From Nitrospirota bacterium (GTDB taxonomy: Bacteria > Nitrospirota > Thermodesulfovibrionia > Thermodesulfovibrionales > SM23-35): a DNA stretch of 42,628 nucleotides. This document shows positions 1 to 8,960 of the stretch, in pieces. The stretch covers positions 1 through 42,628 of the forward strand of contig JAZDLE010000028.1 of assembly GCA_043802315.1 (NCBI GenBank), written 5' to 3'. The position numbers and the translations under genes are program-made. How positions within the stretch are numbered: the first letter of the stretch is position 1; each line of letters opens with the position of its first letter. Below the pieces are notes generated by a model, which worked only from the letters and a program-made list of their open reading frames with translations, ran no database searches and was not told the origin of the DNA.

Positions 1-446
1 TGTTAAGTTGATGAAGAACTACGCTGTGTCTGTTTCTTCCTTGAATTTCACATTAGCGACTGACAGCGAATTATTAAAAGTCTGTATTCTTCGCGCCTTT
101 CAAATCAACCCTCGCAGCTTTGCTGCCAAATACGGGGAAACCAAGGTTGTGAGGGGCGCCAGCACCCAAAGATTTCCCTTTGCCACGTTATATGTACTGG
201 TTTTCTGTGACTTCTCATATTTCTTTTTAAACTGCTCCTCCATTTATAGCCAAATTGTATGCGCTATAAAGTTTTTTTGTCAATTGCAGGGCTCTAATAC
301 TCGATCGCTGACTCCTTTACTTTGAATGACAAAAATTTAGGCTCAGGAATTTGTAATACACTTCGTAAATAAATCGAACAATTTTTCTTCATAACCCCTG
401 GTGAATTCCCGTCTGACAAATCTTCTTTGTGAGTTGTGAAGCAGTA

Positions 447-475
447 TTGACAAATATTTAAATATTGCATATTAT
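447..475 (+). promoter_or_regulatory. sigma70-type promoter of the toxin-antitoxin operon, with palindromic operator candidate
   Basis: TTGACA (447-452), 17-bp spacer, TATTAT (470-475). The spacer contains the perfect palindrome AATATTTAAATATT (453-466). AGGAGG RBS at 487-492. Confidence 0.65.
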
Positions 476-500
476 TCAATATAATTAGGAGGTGAGAAAC

Positions 501-752
501 ATGGGAAAGTTAATTGTAGAACTCCCGGACGAAATACACGGAGAGCTTAAAAAAAAGGCAGCAATAAACCATAAAACATTGAAAGACATTATTACAGAGC
601 TTATTCATGAATACCTGTATAGGCCAGAGAAAGATATACCCGCGAAAAAGAAGACCGGTCTTTGTGGTGGTTGGGATGATGAAAGAACAGCTGAAGAAAT
701 CATAAGGGATATCAAAACTCATAGAGGATGGTTTACGAAGCGGAAGAACTGA
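501..752 (+). CDS. Antitoxin, ribbon-helix-helix/Arc-like (VapB/FitA-like)
   Basis: MGKLIVELPDEIHGELKKKAA...TLKDIITELI fits an RHH pattern. ATG 501 follows AGGAGG. Directly upstream of a PIN toxin. Confidence 0.8.
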   Translation: MGKLIVELPDEIHGELKKKAAINHKTLKDIITELIHEYLYRPEKDIPAKKKTGLCGGWDDERTAEEIIRDIKTHRGWFTKRKN

Positions 753-753
753 A

Positions 754-1152
754 ATGGACAAATTTATCCTTGATACAGACACTTGTATATACTGGTTAAA
801 AGGCAATGACAATATTGAAAGATCTGTGATAAAACATGGATTAGGAAATATCTTTATCACTGTTATCACCGAATGTGAACTCTTTTATGGCGCATATAAA
901 TCTATGAAGAAAGATAAGAATTTAGCAATAGTAGAGGAATTAAAAACAAGAATAAAGACACTTCATACAGTTAGCGGTATCCCATCTCTATACGGAAAGA
1001 TAAAGGTTGAATTAGAGTCAAAGGGCCAGACACTCGATGATGCAGACTTGCTTATAGCAAGTATTGCCTTGTTAAACAATGCTACTCTGGTGACGAATAA
1101 TAGTGAGCATTTCAAGAGAATTAACGAATTAAAAATAGAAAACTGGAAATAA
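754..1152 (+). CDS. vapC: PIN-domain toxin (VapC family)
   Basis: ILDTD, ELFYG, DADLLIASIA and LVTNN motifs; 132 aa; coupled to the antitoxin. Confidence 0.92.
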   Translation: MDKFILDTDTCIYWLKGNDNIERSVIKHGLGNIFITVITECELFYGAYKSMKKDKNLAIVEELKTRIKTLHTVSGIPSLYGKIKVELESKGQTLDDADLLIASIALLNNATLVTNNSEHFKRINELKIENWK

Positions 1153-1192
1153 AACATTACAAACTTTACTGATAGGAATGTGAATTACCGCT

Positions 1193-2884
1193 ATGAATGA
1201 AATTAGTTCTAAACCCTCTGACTTTATCAGAGAAATTATTAAAGAAGACCTGAAGAATAATAAGTACGATAGTCGTGTACATACGCGTTTTCCACCTGAG
1301 CCTAATGGTTATCTCCATATAGGGCATGCGAAATCCATATGCCTCAATTTCGGCATCGCTGCTGAATTCAGCGGCCTCTGCAATCTCCGGTTTGATGACA
1401 CTAATCCAACGAAAGAAGAAGTTGAATATGTGGGATCGATCAAAGAGGACGTACGATGGCTTGGATTCGACTGGGGTGAAAGGTTGTATTATGCCTCAGA
1501 CTATTTTGAACAATTCTATCAGTATGCTGTACAGTTAATCAAAGATGGGAAGGCATATGTTTGTGACTTGAGTGCAGAGGAGATAAGAGAATACCGCGGC
1601 ACCTTAACTGGACCCGGCAGGGAGAGTCCCTATCGTAATCGTTCAGTCGAAGAAAATCTGGATTTGTTTGAGCGCATGAGGGCAGGTAAGTTCGAGGAGG
1701 GTTCCCGTACGCTTCGAGCAAAAATTGATATGGCATCAGGGAATATCAATATGCGTGATCCTGTCATGTACCGTATTATGCATGCGGAACACCACAGGAC
1801 AGGCACTAAGTGGTGCATTTATCCGATGTATGACTTTGCCCATTGTTTTTCGGATTCTATCGAAAGGATTACCCATTCCATTTGTACGCTGGAATTTGAA
1901 GATCATCGGCCGTTGTATGACTGGTTCCTTGATGAATTAAAGGTTTATCATCCACAGCAGATTGAGTTTGCCCGCCTCAATCTCAGCAATACTGTATTAA
2001 GTAAAAGAAAGCTTATAGAATTGGTGCAGGGTGGTTATGTCACTGGATGGGATGATCCACGGATGCCTACAATAGCTGGATTGCGGAGACGTGGCTATAC
2101 ACCGGAATCAATCCAAAACTTCTGTGACCGCATCGGAGTGGCAAAAAGGGAGAGCCTGGTGGATGTGGCACTGCTTGAGCACTGTCTCCGCGAAGATTTG
2201 AATAAGCGGGCTGCACGTGTTATGGCCGTGCTGCGTCCCCTGCGGGTGGTTATAGACAACTATCCGGAAGGCCAGATGGAAGAGTTAGAAGCCATAAACA
2301 ATCCTGAAGATCTTGGTATGGGGACACGGAAGGTTCCTTTTTCACGGGTCCTGTATATCGAGCAGGAGGATTTTCGTGAGGACCCACCGAAACAGTTTTT
2401 CCGCCTGGCACCAGGACGCGAGGTACGGTTGCGATATGCGTATTTTATCAAATGTGTGAATGTAATTAAGGATGAGCGAACAGGTGAAGTGGTTGAGTTG
2501 CACTGTACCTATGACCCGGAAACACGTGGGGGAGATGCACCAGACGGACGTAAGGTCAAGGCAACACTGCACTGGGTTTCTGCTGCCCAGGCGGTCGAAG
2601 CTGAGGTGCGGTTGTATGATCATTTATTTGTAAAATCTGACTCAAGCGATGAAGAGGGTGGTCTTGATTTCAAGGCTTATGTGAATCCTAAATCGTTGGA
2701 GATATTGACGTCCTGCCGTGTTGAACCAAGTCTTGCAAATGCAGTTCCGGGAAGTCATTGCCAGTTTGAGAGGCAGGGTTATTTCTGTGGTGATCCTGAT
2801 TCTCAGGCTGGCAAGCTTGTGTTCAACAGGTCGGTATCATTGCGTGACACGTGGGCCAAGATCGAGAAGGGACTTACTAAATAA
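1193..2884 (+). CDS. glnS: Glutamine--tRNA ligase
   Basis: [15 protein letters not shown] (HIGH motif), [23 protein letters not shown]. Confidence 0.97.
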   Translation: MNEISSKPSDFIREIIKEDLKNNKYDSRVHTRFPPEPNGYLHIGHAKSICLNFGIAAEFSGLCNLRFDDTNPTKEEVEYVGSIKEDVRWLGFDWGERLYYASDYFEQFYQYAVQLIKDGKAYVCDLSAEEIREYRGTLTGPGRESPYRNRSVEENLDLFERMRAGKFEEGSRTLRAKIDMASGNINMRDPVMYRIMHAEHHRTGTKWCIYPMYDFAHCFSDSIERITHSICTLEFEDHRPLYDWFLDELKVYHPQQIEFARLNLSNTVLSKRKLIELVQGGYVTGWDDPRMPTIAGLRRRGYTPESIQNFCDRIGVAKRESLVDVALLEHCLREDLNKRAARVMAVLRPLRVVIDNYPEGQMEELEAINNPEDLGMGTRKVPFSRVLYIEQEDFREDPPKQFFRLAPGREVRLRYAYFIKCVNVIKDERTGEVVELHCTYDPETRGGDAPDGRKVKATLHWVSAAQAVEAEVRLYDHLFVKSDSSDEEGGLDFKAYVNPKSLEILTSCRVEPSLANAVPGSHCQFERQGYFCGDPDSQAGKLVFNRSVSLRDTWAKIEKGLTK

Positions 2885-3059
2885 GATGCAGGATGCAAGA
2901 CACAGGATTGTCCCGAAAATGAATTTTCAAATCCCCCCTCACCCCCCTTTTCTAAAGGGGGGAGTAGGGGGGGTACTCATTTTAATGCCCCTTTGTGAGC
3001 AAAGGCTCATAATTGTTTGAGGGGGCGAATCAAGTATCGTGCATCTTGTATCATGTATC
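2885..3059. repeat. Inverted pair of degenerate 7-bp tandem arrays (GATGCAG-like / TGTATCA-like) flanking cassette A1
   Basis: gatgcag gatgcaa gacacag gat at 2885-2908 and tatcgtgcatcttgtatcatgtatc at 3035-3059. Confidence 0.6.
2908..3010 (-). mobile_element. Non-autonomous cassette family A, copy A1 (cargo: C-rich/G-rich REP-like palindrome)
   Basis: Minus strand reads ATGAGCCTTTGCTCACAAAGGGGCATTAAAA ... TTTTCGGGACAA, the same two ends as A2-A4. Confidence 0.7.
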
Positions 3060-3062
3060 AAT

Positions 3063-3229
3063 CGTCATGAGCCTTTGCTCACAAAAGGACATGAAAAATG
3101 TCCCAAACTATATTTATATATACTAACGGAGCTGTCATTCCCGCTTGTCGGGAATCTTTCTTCAGAAGGATTCTGGACTGATCCTCGACGAGGCGAGGAC
3201 AAACGCCAGAATGACATTTTCGGGATAAA
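3063..3229 (+). mobile_element. Cassette family A, copy A2 (cargo: GTCATT...AATGAC REP-like doublet)
   Basis: CGTCATGAGCCTTTGCTCACAAAAGGACATGAAAA ... TTTTCGGGATAAA. Confidence 0.75.
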
Positions 3230-3255
3230 TAATAAGAAATGATAAGAAAAAAAAG

Positions 3256-4248
3256 ATGAGTTATGTGGCGGTCATAGGTGCTGGAAGCTGGGGAACAACC
3301 CTTGCATACCTTCTCTCAAAGAAAGGCTTCGATATATCACTCTGGGTTTACGAAAAAGATCTTGCCGAGGAGATGAAAAGAACAGGGATAAATAAAATCT
3401 ATCTTCCTGATGTCAGGCTTCCTGAAAGCATAAAGATCTCCCATCAGATTCATGAGGTTGTAGATAAAGCACAGTACATCCTTAATGCCGTGCCAGCACA
3501 GTACACAAGATCAGTCTTTAGAGAATCTCTTCCCTCTCTATCGAGTGAGGCAATAATTATCAGTGCAGCAAAGGGCATAGAAAGAGGAACACTGATAACA
3601 ATCTCTTCAGTATTAAAAGAGTTGTCTGGACGTAAGGTTGCTGTACTTTCAGGTCCGAGTTTCGCCAAAGAGGTAATGAAAAATTTGCCGACTGCTGTTA
3701 CCCTTGCTACAAAAGAAAAGGATACAGGCCTAATACTTCAGGAGATATTTAATACAAACAACTTCAGGGTCTATACTCATGATGATGTCCTTGGCGTAGA
3801 GATCGGAGGGGCCTTGAAAAACGTAGTAGCCATAGCATCTGGAATTTCTGATGGCCTTGGCCTCGGCCTCAATGCAAGGGCTTCACTCATAACGAGAGGT
3901 CTTGCTGAAATGACAAGGCTTGGGGTTGCAATGGGTGCAAAGGAAAGGACATTTTCCGGGCTTAGTGGTCTGGGAGATTTGGTTCTCACATGTACAGGCC
4001 CTCTCTCGAGGAATTACACCTTGGGGACTAAACTCGGACAGGGCATGAAACTTAAGGATATTCTAAATCAGACAATAAATGTTGTAGAAGGGGTTGCAAC
4101 TGCAGAATCTGCCTTTGAACTGTCAAAAAAATACCATATTGAGATGCCCATTGTGGAGCAGGTCTATAAGATTATTTATGAGGGGAAAGACCCTGCTCTT
4201 GCTGTCAGTGATTTGATGAGCCGTTCATTAAAAGCGGAGTTTTACTGA
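3256..4248 (+). CDS. gpsA: NAD(P)H-dependent glycerol-3-phosphate dehydrogenase
   Basis: GAGSWGT, LSGPSFA, GGALKNV, GLGDLVLTC, SRN motifs. Confidence 0.96.
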   Translation: MSYVAVIGAGSWGTTLAYLLSKKGFDISLWVYEKDLAEEMKRTGINKIYLPDVRLPESIKISHQIHEVVDKAQYILNAVPAQYTRSVFRESLPSLSSEAIIISAAKGIERGTLITISSVLKELSGRKVAVLSGPSFAKEVMKNLPTAVTLATKEKDTGLILQEIFNTNNFRVYTHDDVLGVEIGGALKNVVAIASGISDGLGLGLNARASLITRGLAEMTRLGVAMGAKERTFSGLSGLGDLVLTCTGPLSRNYTLGTKLGQGMKLKDILNQTINVVEGVATAESAFELSKKYHIEMPIVEQVYKIIYEGKDPALAVSDLMSRSLKAEFY

Positions 4249-4264
4249 TAATATTATTTTCTTG

Positions 4265-4359
4265 TGTCATTCCGAGCGAAGCGTCCTCCTCAGAGGATCC
4301 GCCGAGGCGGAAGGAATCTCTTTCGAGATTGCTTCTGCACTTTGTGCCTCGCAATGACA
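4265..4359. repeat. GTCA-type REP doublet (REPIN-like) with two inserted mini-hairpins
   Basis: TGTCATTCCGAGCGAAGCG ... AGGAATCTC / GAGATTGCTTC ... CCTCGCAATGACA; insert TCCTCCTCAGAGGA-TCCGCCGAGGCGGA at 4284-4311. Confidence 0.75.
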
Positions 4360-4388
4360 GTCAAAAGAAATGAGAGCGATGGACTAAA

Positions 4389-5135
4389 ATGGATGAATCA
4401 AAAATAAGAAAGCTTCTCGAATCAATAAAATCAGGAACACTCAGCGTTGATGCTGCCTTCAACAGGTTAAAACATCTTCCCTATGAAGATCTGTCCTTTG
4501 CTAAGGTAGACCATCACAGACATATAAGGCAGGGGGTTCCCGAGGTTATATTTGCAAAAGGGAAAAAAGTAGAAGAAGTCATTGCCATAGCACGCTCCAT
4601 GTATAAAAGAAGTAAAAAATTTTTAATAACAAAGGCGTCTCATGAGATATATGAAAAACTCGGCATTAAGAAAGCAGTCTTTTATCCTTCGTCGAGTGCA
4701 ATATCAGCAGGAGGAGAAACAAAGAGAAAGGGTCATATTCTTATTCTTTCTGCAGGGACGTCTGACATCCCAGTTGCAGAGGAGGCAGCCATCACAGCAT
4801 CATTTCTTGGGAGCAGGGTTGAGAGCGTCTACGATGTTGGCGTAGCAGGGATTCACAGGCTTGGGGATGTCAGAGGATCTATTGATTCTGCATGGGTGAT
4901 TATCGTTGTCGCTGGTATGGAAGGTGCTCTTCCCTCTGTTGTTGGTAGTTTTACTGATAAGCCGATTATTGCAGTTCCAACATCAATCGGCTATGGCACA
5001 GGCTTTGGTGGGCTCACTGCACTCTTTGCGATGCTCAATTCCTGCGTACCTGGCATAGCAGTAATGAATATAGATAATGGCTTCGGGGCTGGATGTCTGG
5101 CACATAAGATTAACATCTTGTCAAGCAGGATATAG
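4389..5135 (+). CDS. larB: Nickel pincer cofactor biosynthesis protein LarB (PurE-related)
   Basis: AKVDHHR...GVPEVIF, AGTSDIPVAEEA, DVGVAGIHRL, AGMEGALPSVV, PTSIGYG, NIDNGFGAG. Confidence 0.92.
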   Translation: MDESKIRKLLESIKSGTLSVDAAFNRLKHLPYEDLSFAKVDHHRHIRQGVPEVIFAKGKKVEEVIAIARSMYKRSKKFLITKASHEIYEKLGIKKAVFYPSSSAISAGGETKRKGHILILSAGTSDIPVAEEAAITASFLGSRVESVYDVGVAGIHRLGDVRGSIDSAWVIIVVAGMEGALPSVVGSFTDKPIIAVPTSIGYGTGFGGLTALFAMLNSCVPGIAVMNIDNGFGAGCLAHKINILSSRI

Positions 5136-5245
5136 TATTTTCACTCATTCTCGGGCTATCGCCCTCCGAGGATTTTGCCTCTTTATCATGAGAATATTAT
5201 CGTTGGACTATCGGCAAAAGAATCCGTTCAAATACCATATCCTGC
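5125..5245 (+). repeat. Structured ~120-bp repeat family B, copy B1
   Basis: Terminal inverted repeat GCAGGATATAGTATTT / AAATACCATATCCTGC, inner hairpin GGGCTATCGCCC, stem TTTTGCC / GGCAAAA. Overlaps the larB stop codon. Confidence 0.75.
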
Positions 5246-5286
5246 CTTCACAGAATTAAAGATTCCTGCCCTAAATTATGTTGAGG

Positions 5287-5316
5287 TTGACATTCCTTTA
5301 AAGCCTGGACTATACT
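5287..5316 (+). promoter_or_regulatory. sigma70-type promoter of the thi operon
   Basis: TTGACA (5287-5292), 18-bp spacer, TATACT (5311-5316), immediately upstream of the TPP riboswitch. Confidence 0.75.
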
Positions 5317-5323
5317 AAAGTTG

Positions 5324-5408
5324 TCCCTGGGGGAGGCTAAAAGGCCTGAGAGGACAAAATGTCGACCCCGCGAACCTGATCCGGATAATGCCGGCGTAGG
5401 GAATGGGA
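5324..5408 (+). ncRNA. TPP riboswitch (THI element)
   Basis: GGGG...CTGAGA and ACCC...GAACCTGATCCGGATAATGCCGGCGTAGGGA consensus, upstream of thiS. Confidence 0.95.
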
Positions 5409-5414
5409 AAGCGG

Positions 5415-5449
5415 ACCGTATCCTTCAGGGGTGCGGTTTTTTGTTTTTT
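5415..5449 (+). terminator. Intrinsic terminator, expression platform of the TPP riboswitch
   Basis: Stem ACCGTATCC / GGGTGCGGT followed by TTTTTTGTTTTTT. Confidence 0.8.
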
Positions 5450-5650
5450 ATGAGATTGATCGTCAACGGAGAAACCTTAGAGATGTCAGATGTGGAGACT
5501 CTTCAGGAACTCTTGAAGAGACTTCAGATTGATCAAGGACGGGTTATCGTAGAAATAAATTTATCTATTGTAAGAAAGTCCGAATACTCAACCTTTAGAC
5601 TGAACGACGGAGACAGGGTTGAGATCGTGAATTTCGTTGGAGGAGGATGA
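5450..5650 (+). CDS. thiS: Sulfur carrier protein ThiS
   Basis: MRLIVNGE...GDRVEIVNFVGGG, 66 aa with C-terminal GG. Start moved to ATG 5450 because the longer ORF reads through the riboswitch. Confidence 0.93.
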   Translation: MRLIVNGETLEMSDVETLQELLKRLQIDQGRVIVEINLSIVRKSEYSTFRLNDGDRVEIVNFVGGG

Positions 5651-5653
5651 ATA

Positions 5654-5786
5654 TGATGGCAGGAGATCACTATATCGCTCATTCTCGGGCTAATCGCCCT
5701 CCGAGGTTTTTGCCTTTTTATTTTTTGAAATATCCTTTATGGACTATCGGCAAAAAAAGCCGCTCCATAACAATCCCCTGCCATCA
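5654..5786 (+). repeat. Repeat family B, copy B2
   Basis: TGATGGCAGG / CCTGCCATCA terminal stem; CTCATTCTCGGGCTAATCGCCCTCCGAGG and TGGACTATCGGCAAAA shared with B1. Confidence 0.75.
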
Positions 5787-5801
5787 ATATTGAAAGAAAA
5801 A

Positions 5802-5824
5802 GTAGCCGCAGGCTTCAGCCTGCG
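5802..5824 (+). repeat. GTAG-type REP palindrome
   Basis: GTAGCCGCAGGCTTCAGCCTGCG; a reverse-complement relative lies inside folC (37532-37554). Confidence 0.7.
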
Positions 5825-5837
5825 AGAGGAGACTGTG

Positions 5838-6608
5838 ATGGATGATAAATTGATAATTAGAGGGATAGAGTTTAAATCAAGGCTCTGGGTGGGGACTGGT
5901 AAATACAAAGATTTTGAAGAGACAAAGAAAGCTGTGGAAGCCTCAGGCACAGATGTCGTTACTGTTGCAGTAAGAAGAATAAATATCATAGACAGGAAGG
6001 CAGAAAATCTGCTCGATTACATTGACCCCAAGAAATATAAGATCCTTCCAAATACTGCAGGCTGCTACACGGTAGAAGATGCGCTCAGGTATTCACGGCT
6101 TGCCAGGGAGGCAGGGATTTCAGACCTTATAAAGCTCGAAGTGATAGGAGACGAAAAGACACTCTTTCCTGATGTATGCGGGTTACTGAAAGCAACAGAG
6201 ATACTTGCAAAGGAGGGTTTTATCGTCCTTCCTTATACCAATGACGACCCTGTGATAGCAAAGAGGCTTGTGGATGCTGGTGCTTCTGCTGTTATGCCCC
6301 TCGGTGCACCGATTGGCTCTGGTCTTGGAATCAGGAATCCTTATAACATAAAGATTATCCTCGAATCAGTGCATGTACCTGTTATCGTTGATGCAGGTGT
6401 AGGAACTGCATCTGATGCCACTGTAGCAATGGAGCTCGGTTGCGACGCAGTCCTTATAAACACAGGCATTGCAGGAGCTCAAGACCCGATTGCCATGGCA
6501 GAGGCGATGCGGCATGCCGTTATTGCCGGGAGGCTGGCATATAAAGCAGGGAGAATTCCAAAAAAGCTCTACGCCACTGCAAGTAGCCCAATAGAAGGAA
6601 TGCTCTAA
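5838..6608 (+). CDS. thiG: Thiazole synthase
   Basis: [42 protein letters not shown]. Start ATG 5838 (or GTG 5835) after GAGGAG; the longer ORF start lies within repeat B2. Confidence 0.96.
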   Translation: MDDKLIIRGIEFKSRLWVGTGKYKDFEETKKAVEASGTDVVTVAVRRINIIDRKAENLLDYIDPKKYKILPNTAGCYTVEDALRYSRLAREAGISDLIKLEVIGDEKTLFPDVCGLLKATEILAKEGFIVLPYTNDDPVIAKRLVDAGASAVMPLGAPIGSGLGIRNPYNIKIILESVHVPVIVDAGVGTASDATVAMELGCDAVLINTGIAGAQDPIAMAEAMRHAVIAGRLAYKAGRIPKKLYATASSPIEGML

Positions 6609-6651
6609 CCCCTCTATATCCCCCCTTACTAAGGGGGGAATTGAAGGGGGG
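6606..6651. repeat. C-rich/G-rich REP-like palindrome (family G)
   Basis: AACCCCTCTATATCCCCCTTACTAAGGGGGAATTGAAGGGGGG between thiG and thiE. Confidence 0.7.
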
Positions 6652-6661
6652 TATTTTTGAA

Positions 6662-7297
6662 GTGACGAGGAAAGAGTTAATAAACTTCAAGTTATATTTG
6701 ATAACGGATAGGAAACTATTCACTGATAACTCTTCACTGTTTAGTGCAGTTGAGGAAGCCCTTAAGGGTGGTTTGAAGGCTGTGCAACTGAGGGAGAAGG
6801 ATTTAGGGACAAGAGACTTATTGGATATGTCATACAGGATGAGGGAATTAACAAAGGCATATAAGGCAAAACTCTTTATCAATGATAGGGTTGATGTCGC
6901 TCTTGCAGTAGAGGCAGATGGTGTTCAGCTTGGGAAGGAGAGTATTCCTGTTCATGCTGTAAGGGAAACATTTCAGAGTAAACTCATGATTGGTGCATCT
7001 ACGCATAACCTCGATGAGGCTCTTGAGGCAGAAAGGGGAGGCGCCGATTTTATAACTCTTGGACCTGTGTATCATACCCCTTCCAAAATGAAATACGGAG
7101 AGCCAATCGGTATTGAAACCCTAAGAAAGGTAAAGGCTAAAATTTCGATACCTGTTTATGCAATAGGGGGAATAAAATTGGATAAGGTTAGGGAAGTAAA
7201 AGAAGCAGGTGCCGATGGTGTAGCATTGATCTCTGCAATTCTTACCGCAGAGAATATCAGAGAAACAACAGAAGAATTTTTGAGGTTACTCACATGA
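6662..7297 (+). CDS. thiE: Thiamine-phosphate synthase
   Basis: LYLITDR, VQLREK, INDRVD, GASTH, AIGGI. Start probably GTG 6662; TTG 6641 lies inside a repeat. Confidence 0.93.
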   Translation: MTRKELINFKLYLITDRKLFTDNSSLFSAVEEALKGGLKAVQLREKDLGTRDLLDMSYRMRELTKAYKAKLFINDRVDVALAVEADGVQLGKESIPVHAVRETFQSKLMIGASTHNLDEALEAERGGADFITLGPVYHTPSKMKYGEPIGIETLRKVKAKISIPVYAIGGIKLDKVREVKEAGADGVALISAILTAENIRETTEEFLRLLT

Positions 7298-8592
7298 CGA
7301 GAATAGAACTGGCAAAAAGAGGAGTTATTACTGATGAGGTAAGGGCTGTTGCCCTTTCCGAGAATATAATCCCTGAAAGGCTTGCTTCTGACATTGCAGA
7401 AGGAGTAACAGTCATTCCCAGGAATATCCAACATGACATAAAACCAATAGGCATAGGAAGGGGACTGAGAACAAAAGTTAATGCAAACATTGGTACATCG
7501 AAAGATAAGGTATCCCTTGATGAGGAAAGGGAGAAGCTCGATATCCTTGTGAAATACGGCGCTGATGCCGTGATGGACCTCTCAACAGGTGGACCTATTA
7601 AAGAACTGAGACAGCTCCTTTTGAACAGATCCCCTCTTTCTATTGGCACTGTTCCGATATATGAGGCTGCAATAAGGGGGGCAGAGACGTATGGCACTAT
7701 AGCAAAGATGACTCCTGATGACCTCTTTGGTGTGATAGAAGAACATGCGGTAGAAGGAGTTGATTTTGTCACAGTCCACTGTGGTCTGACAAGGAAGGCT
7801 GTTGAACGGTTAAGGGAAGAAGGCAGGGTCCTTGATATTGTCAGCCGAGGAGGTTCATTCCTCCTTGAATGGATGATTTACAATGACAGAGAAAATCCTC
7901 TCTATGAACATTATGACAGACTCCTCGAAATTGCAAAGAGATATGATTTGACCTTGAGCCTCGGGGACGGGCTACGTCCTGGCTGCCTTGAGGATGCAAC
8001 GGACAGAAGCCAGATCGAAGAATTGCTGACTATCGGAGAATTGAGAGACAAGGCTTTAGAAGAAGGTGTTCAGGCAATCGTTGAGGGACCTGGTCATGTG
8101 CCTTTAAATCAGATTGAATTGAACATCAAAATCCAGAAGGAGATCTGTAAAGGCGCACCCTTTTATGTCCTTGGTCCTCTTGTGACAGACATAGCAATGG
8201 GTTATGACCATATTGCGGCAGCTATCGGTGGTGCTATAGCAGGTGCTGCGGGTGCTGATTTTTTATGCTATGTAACTCCTGCAGAGCATATCAGGCTTCC
8301 AAATATTGAAGATGTAAAAGAAGGGCTCATTGCCTCAAAGATAGCTGCCCATGCTGCAGACATTGCAAAAGGTATCCCTGGAGCTATGGAGCTTGACAGG
8401 AAGATGGCACAATACAGAAAAAACCTTGACTGGAATGGTCAGATTTCCTTGAGTTTTGATCCAGACAAGGTGCGCAAGTGGAGGGCAGAAGTCCCTCCAA
8501 CAGAGAGCGAAGTCTGCTCAATGTGCGGGGAGTTCTGTGCGATACGAATTGTGGAGAAGGCATTTAAAAAAGTAGATAAAGGCTCCGTATAG
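7294..8592 (+). CDS. thiC: Phosphomethylpyrimidine synthase
   Basis: KVNANIGTS, MDLSTGG, GTVPIY, SRGGS, EGPGH, CYVTPAEH, CSMCGEFC. Confidence 0.97.
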   Translation: MTRIELAKRGVITDEVRAVALSENIIPERLASDIAEGVTVIPRNIQHDIKPIGIGRGLRTKVNANIGTSKDKVSLDEEREKLDILVKYGADAVMDLSTGGPIKELRQLLLNRSPLSIGTVPIYEAAIRGAETYGTIAKMTPDDLFGVIEEHAVEGVDFVTVHCGLTRKAVERLREEGRVLDIVSRGGSFLLEWMIYNDRENPLYEHYDRLLEIAKRYDLTLSLGDGLRPGCLEDATDRSQIEELLTIGELRDKALEEGVQAIVEGPGHVPLNQIELNIKIQKEICKGAPFYVLGPLVTDIAMGYDHIAAAIGGAIAGAAGADFLCYVTPAEHIRLPNIEDVKEGLIASKIAAHAADIAKGIPGAMELDRKMAQYRKNLDWNGQISLSFDPDKVRKWRAEVPPTESEVCSMCGEFCAIRIVEKAFKKVDKGSV

Positions 8593-8646
8593 GCGCTCTT
8601 AAATGACATTTTCATTCATAGAAACCGGCATGAAGGAAAATGAAAA

Positions 8647-8760
8647 TTAGTAATCCCCCTCGTCCCCCTTTATAAAAGGGGGACTTAATGTAGTGTAAAC
8701 TTTATAAAAAAAGTGAATTATTCCCCTCTTTTGTAAAGAGGGGGTATGGGAGATTACTAA
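8647..8760. repeat. Family G REP-like doublet
   Basis: TTAGTAATCCCCCTCGTCCCCCTTTATAAAAGGGGG ... CCCCTCTTTTGTAAAGAGGGGGTATGGGAGATTACTAA, with inverted ends. Confidence 0.7.
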
Positions 8761-8778
8761 AGACAATAAATTCATTAG

Positions 8779-8939
8779 TTTGTCCCGAAAATGTCATTCC
8801 AGCTTGTCTGGAATCTTTCTTCAGAAGGATTGCGGACAAGCAGCAATGACTGGACAAGAGCGGGAATGACAGCTGGTTTAGCATATGTAAATATTGGGTG
8901 GGACATTTTTCATGTCCCTTTGTGAGCCAAAGGCTCATG
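8779..8939 (-). mobile_element. Cassette family A, copy A3
   Basis: Minus strand CATGAGCCTTTGGCTCACAAAGGGACATGAAAAATGTCCC ... GAATGACATTTTCGGGACAAA; closely similar to A2. Confidence 0.75.
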
Positions 8940-8960
8940 TGTGCTTGAGAAGATTTTCGA

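Noticed and set aside
8-325. 105-aa ORF at the window start
   Set aside because: No recognisable motifs or RBS; it spans hairpin and eroded sequence.
2718-3242. ORFs 2718..3020 and 3039..3242
   Set aside because: Translations of repeats A1/A2 (PPHPPFLKGG, HEPLLTKGHEK); the first overlaps glnS out of frame.
5321-5449. N-terminal extension of thiS in the ORF track
   Set aside because: It reads through the TPP riboswitch and terminator; ThiS homology starts at 5450.
5739-5834. N-terminal extension of thiG
   Set aside because: Encoded by repeat B2 and a REP; an RBS precedes 5835/5838.
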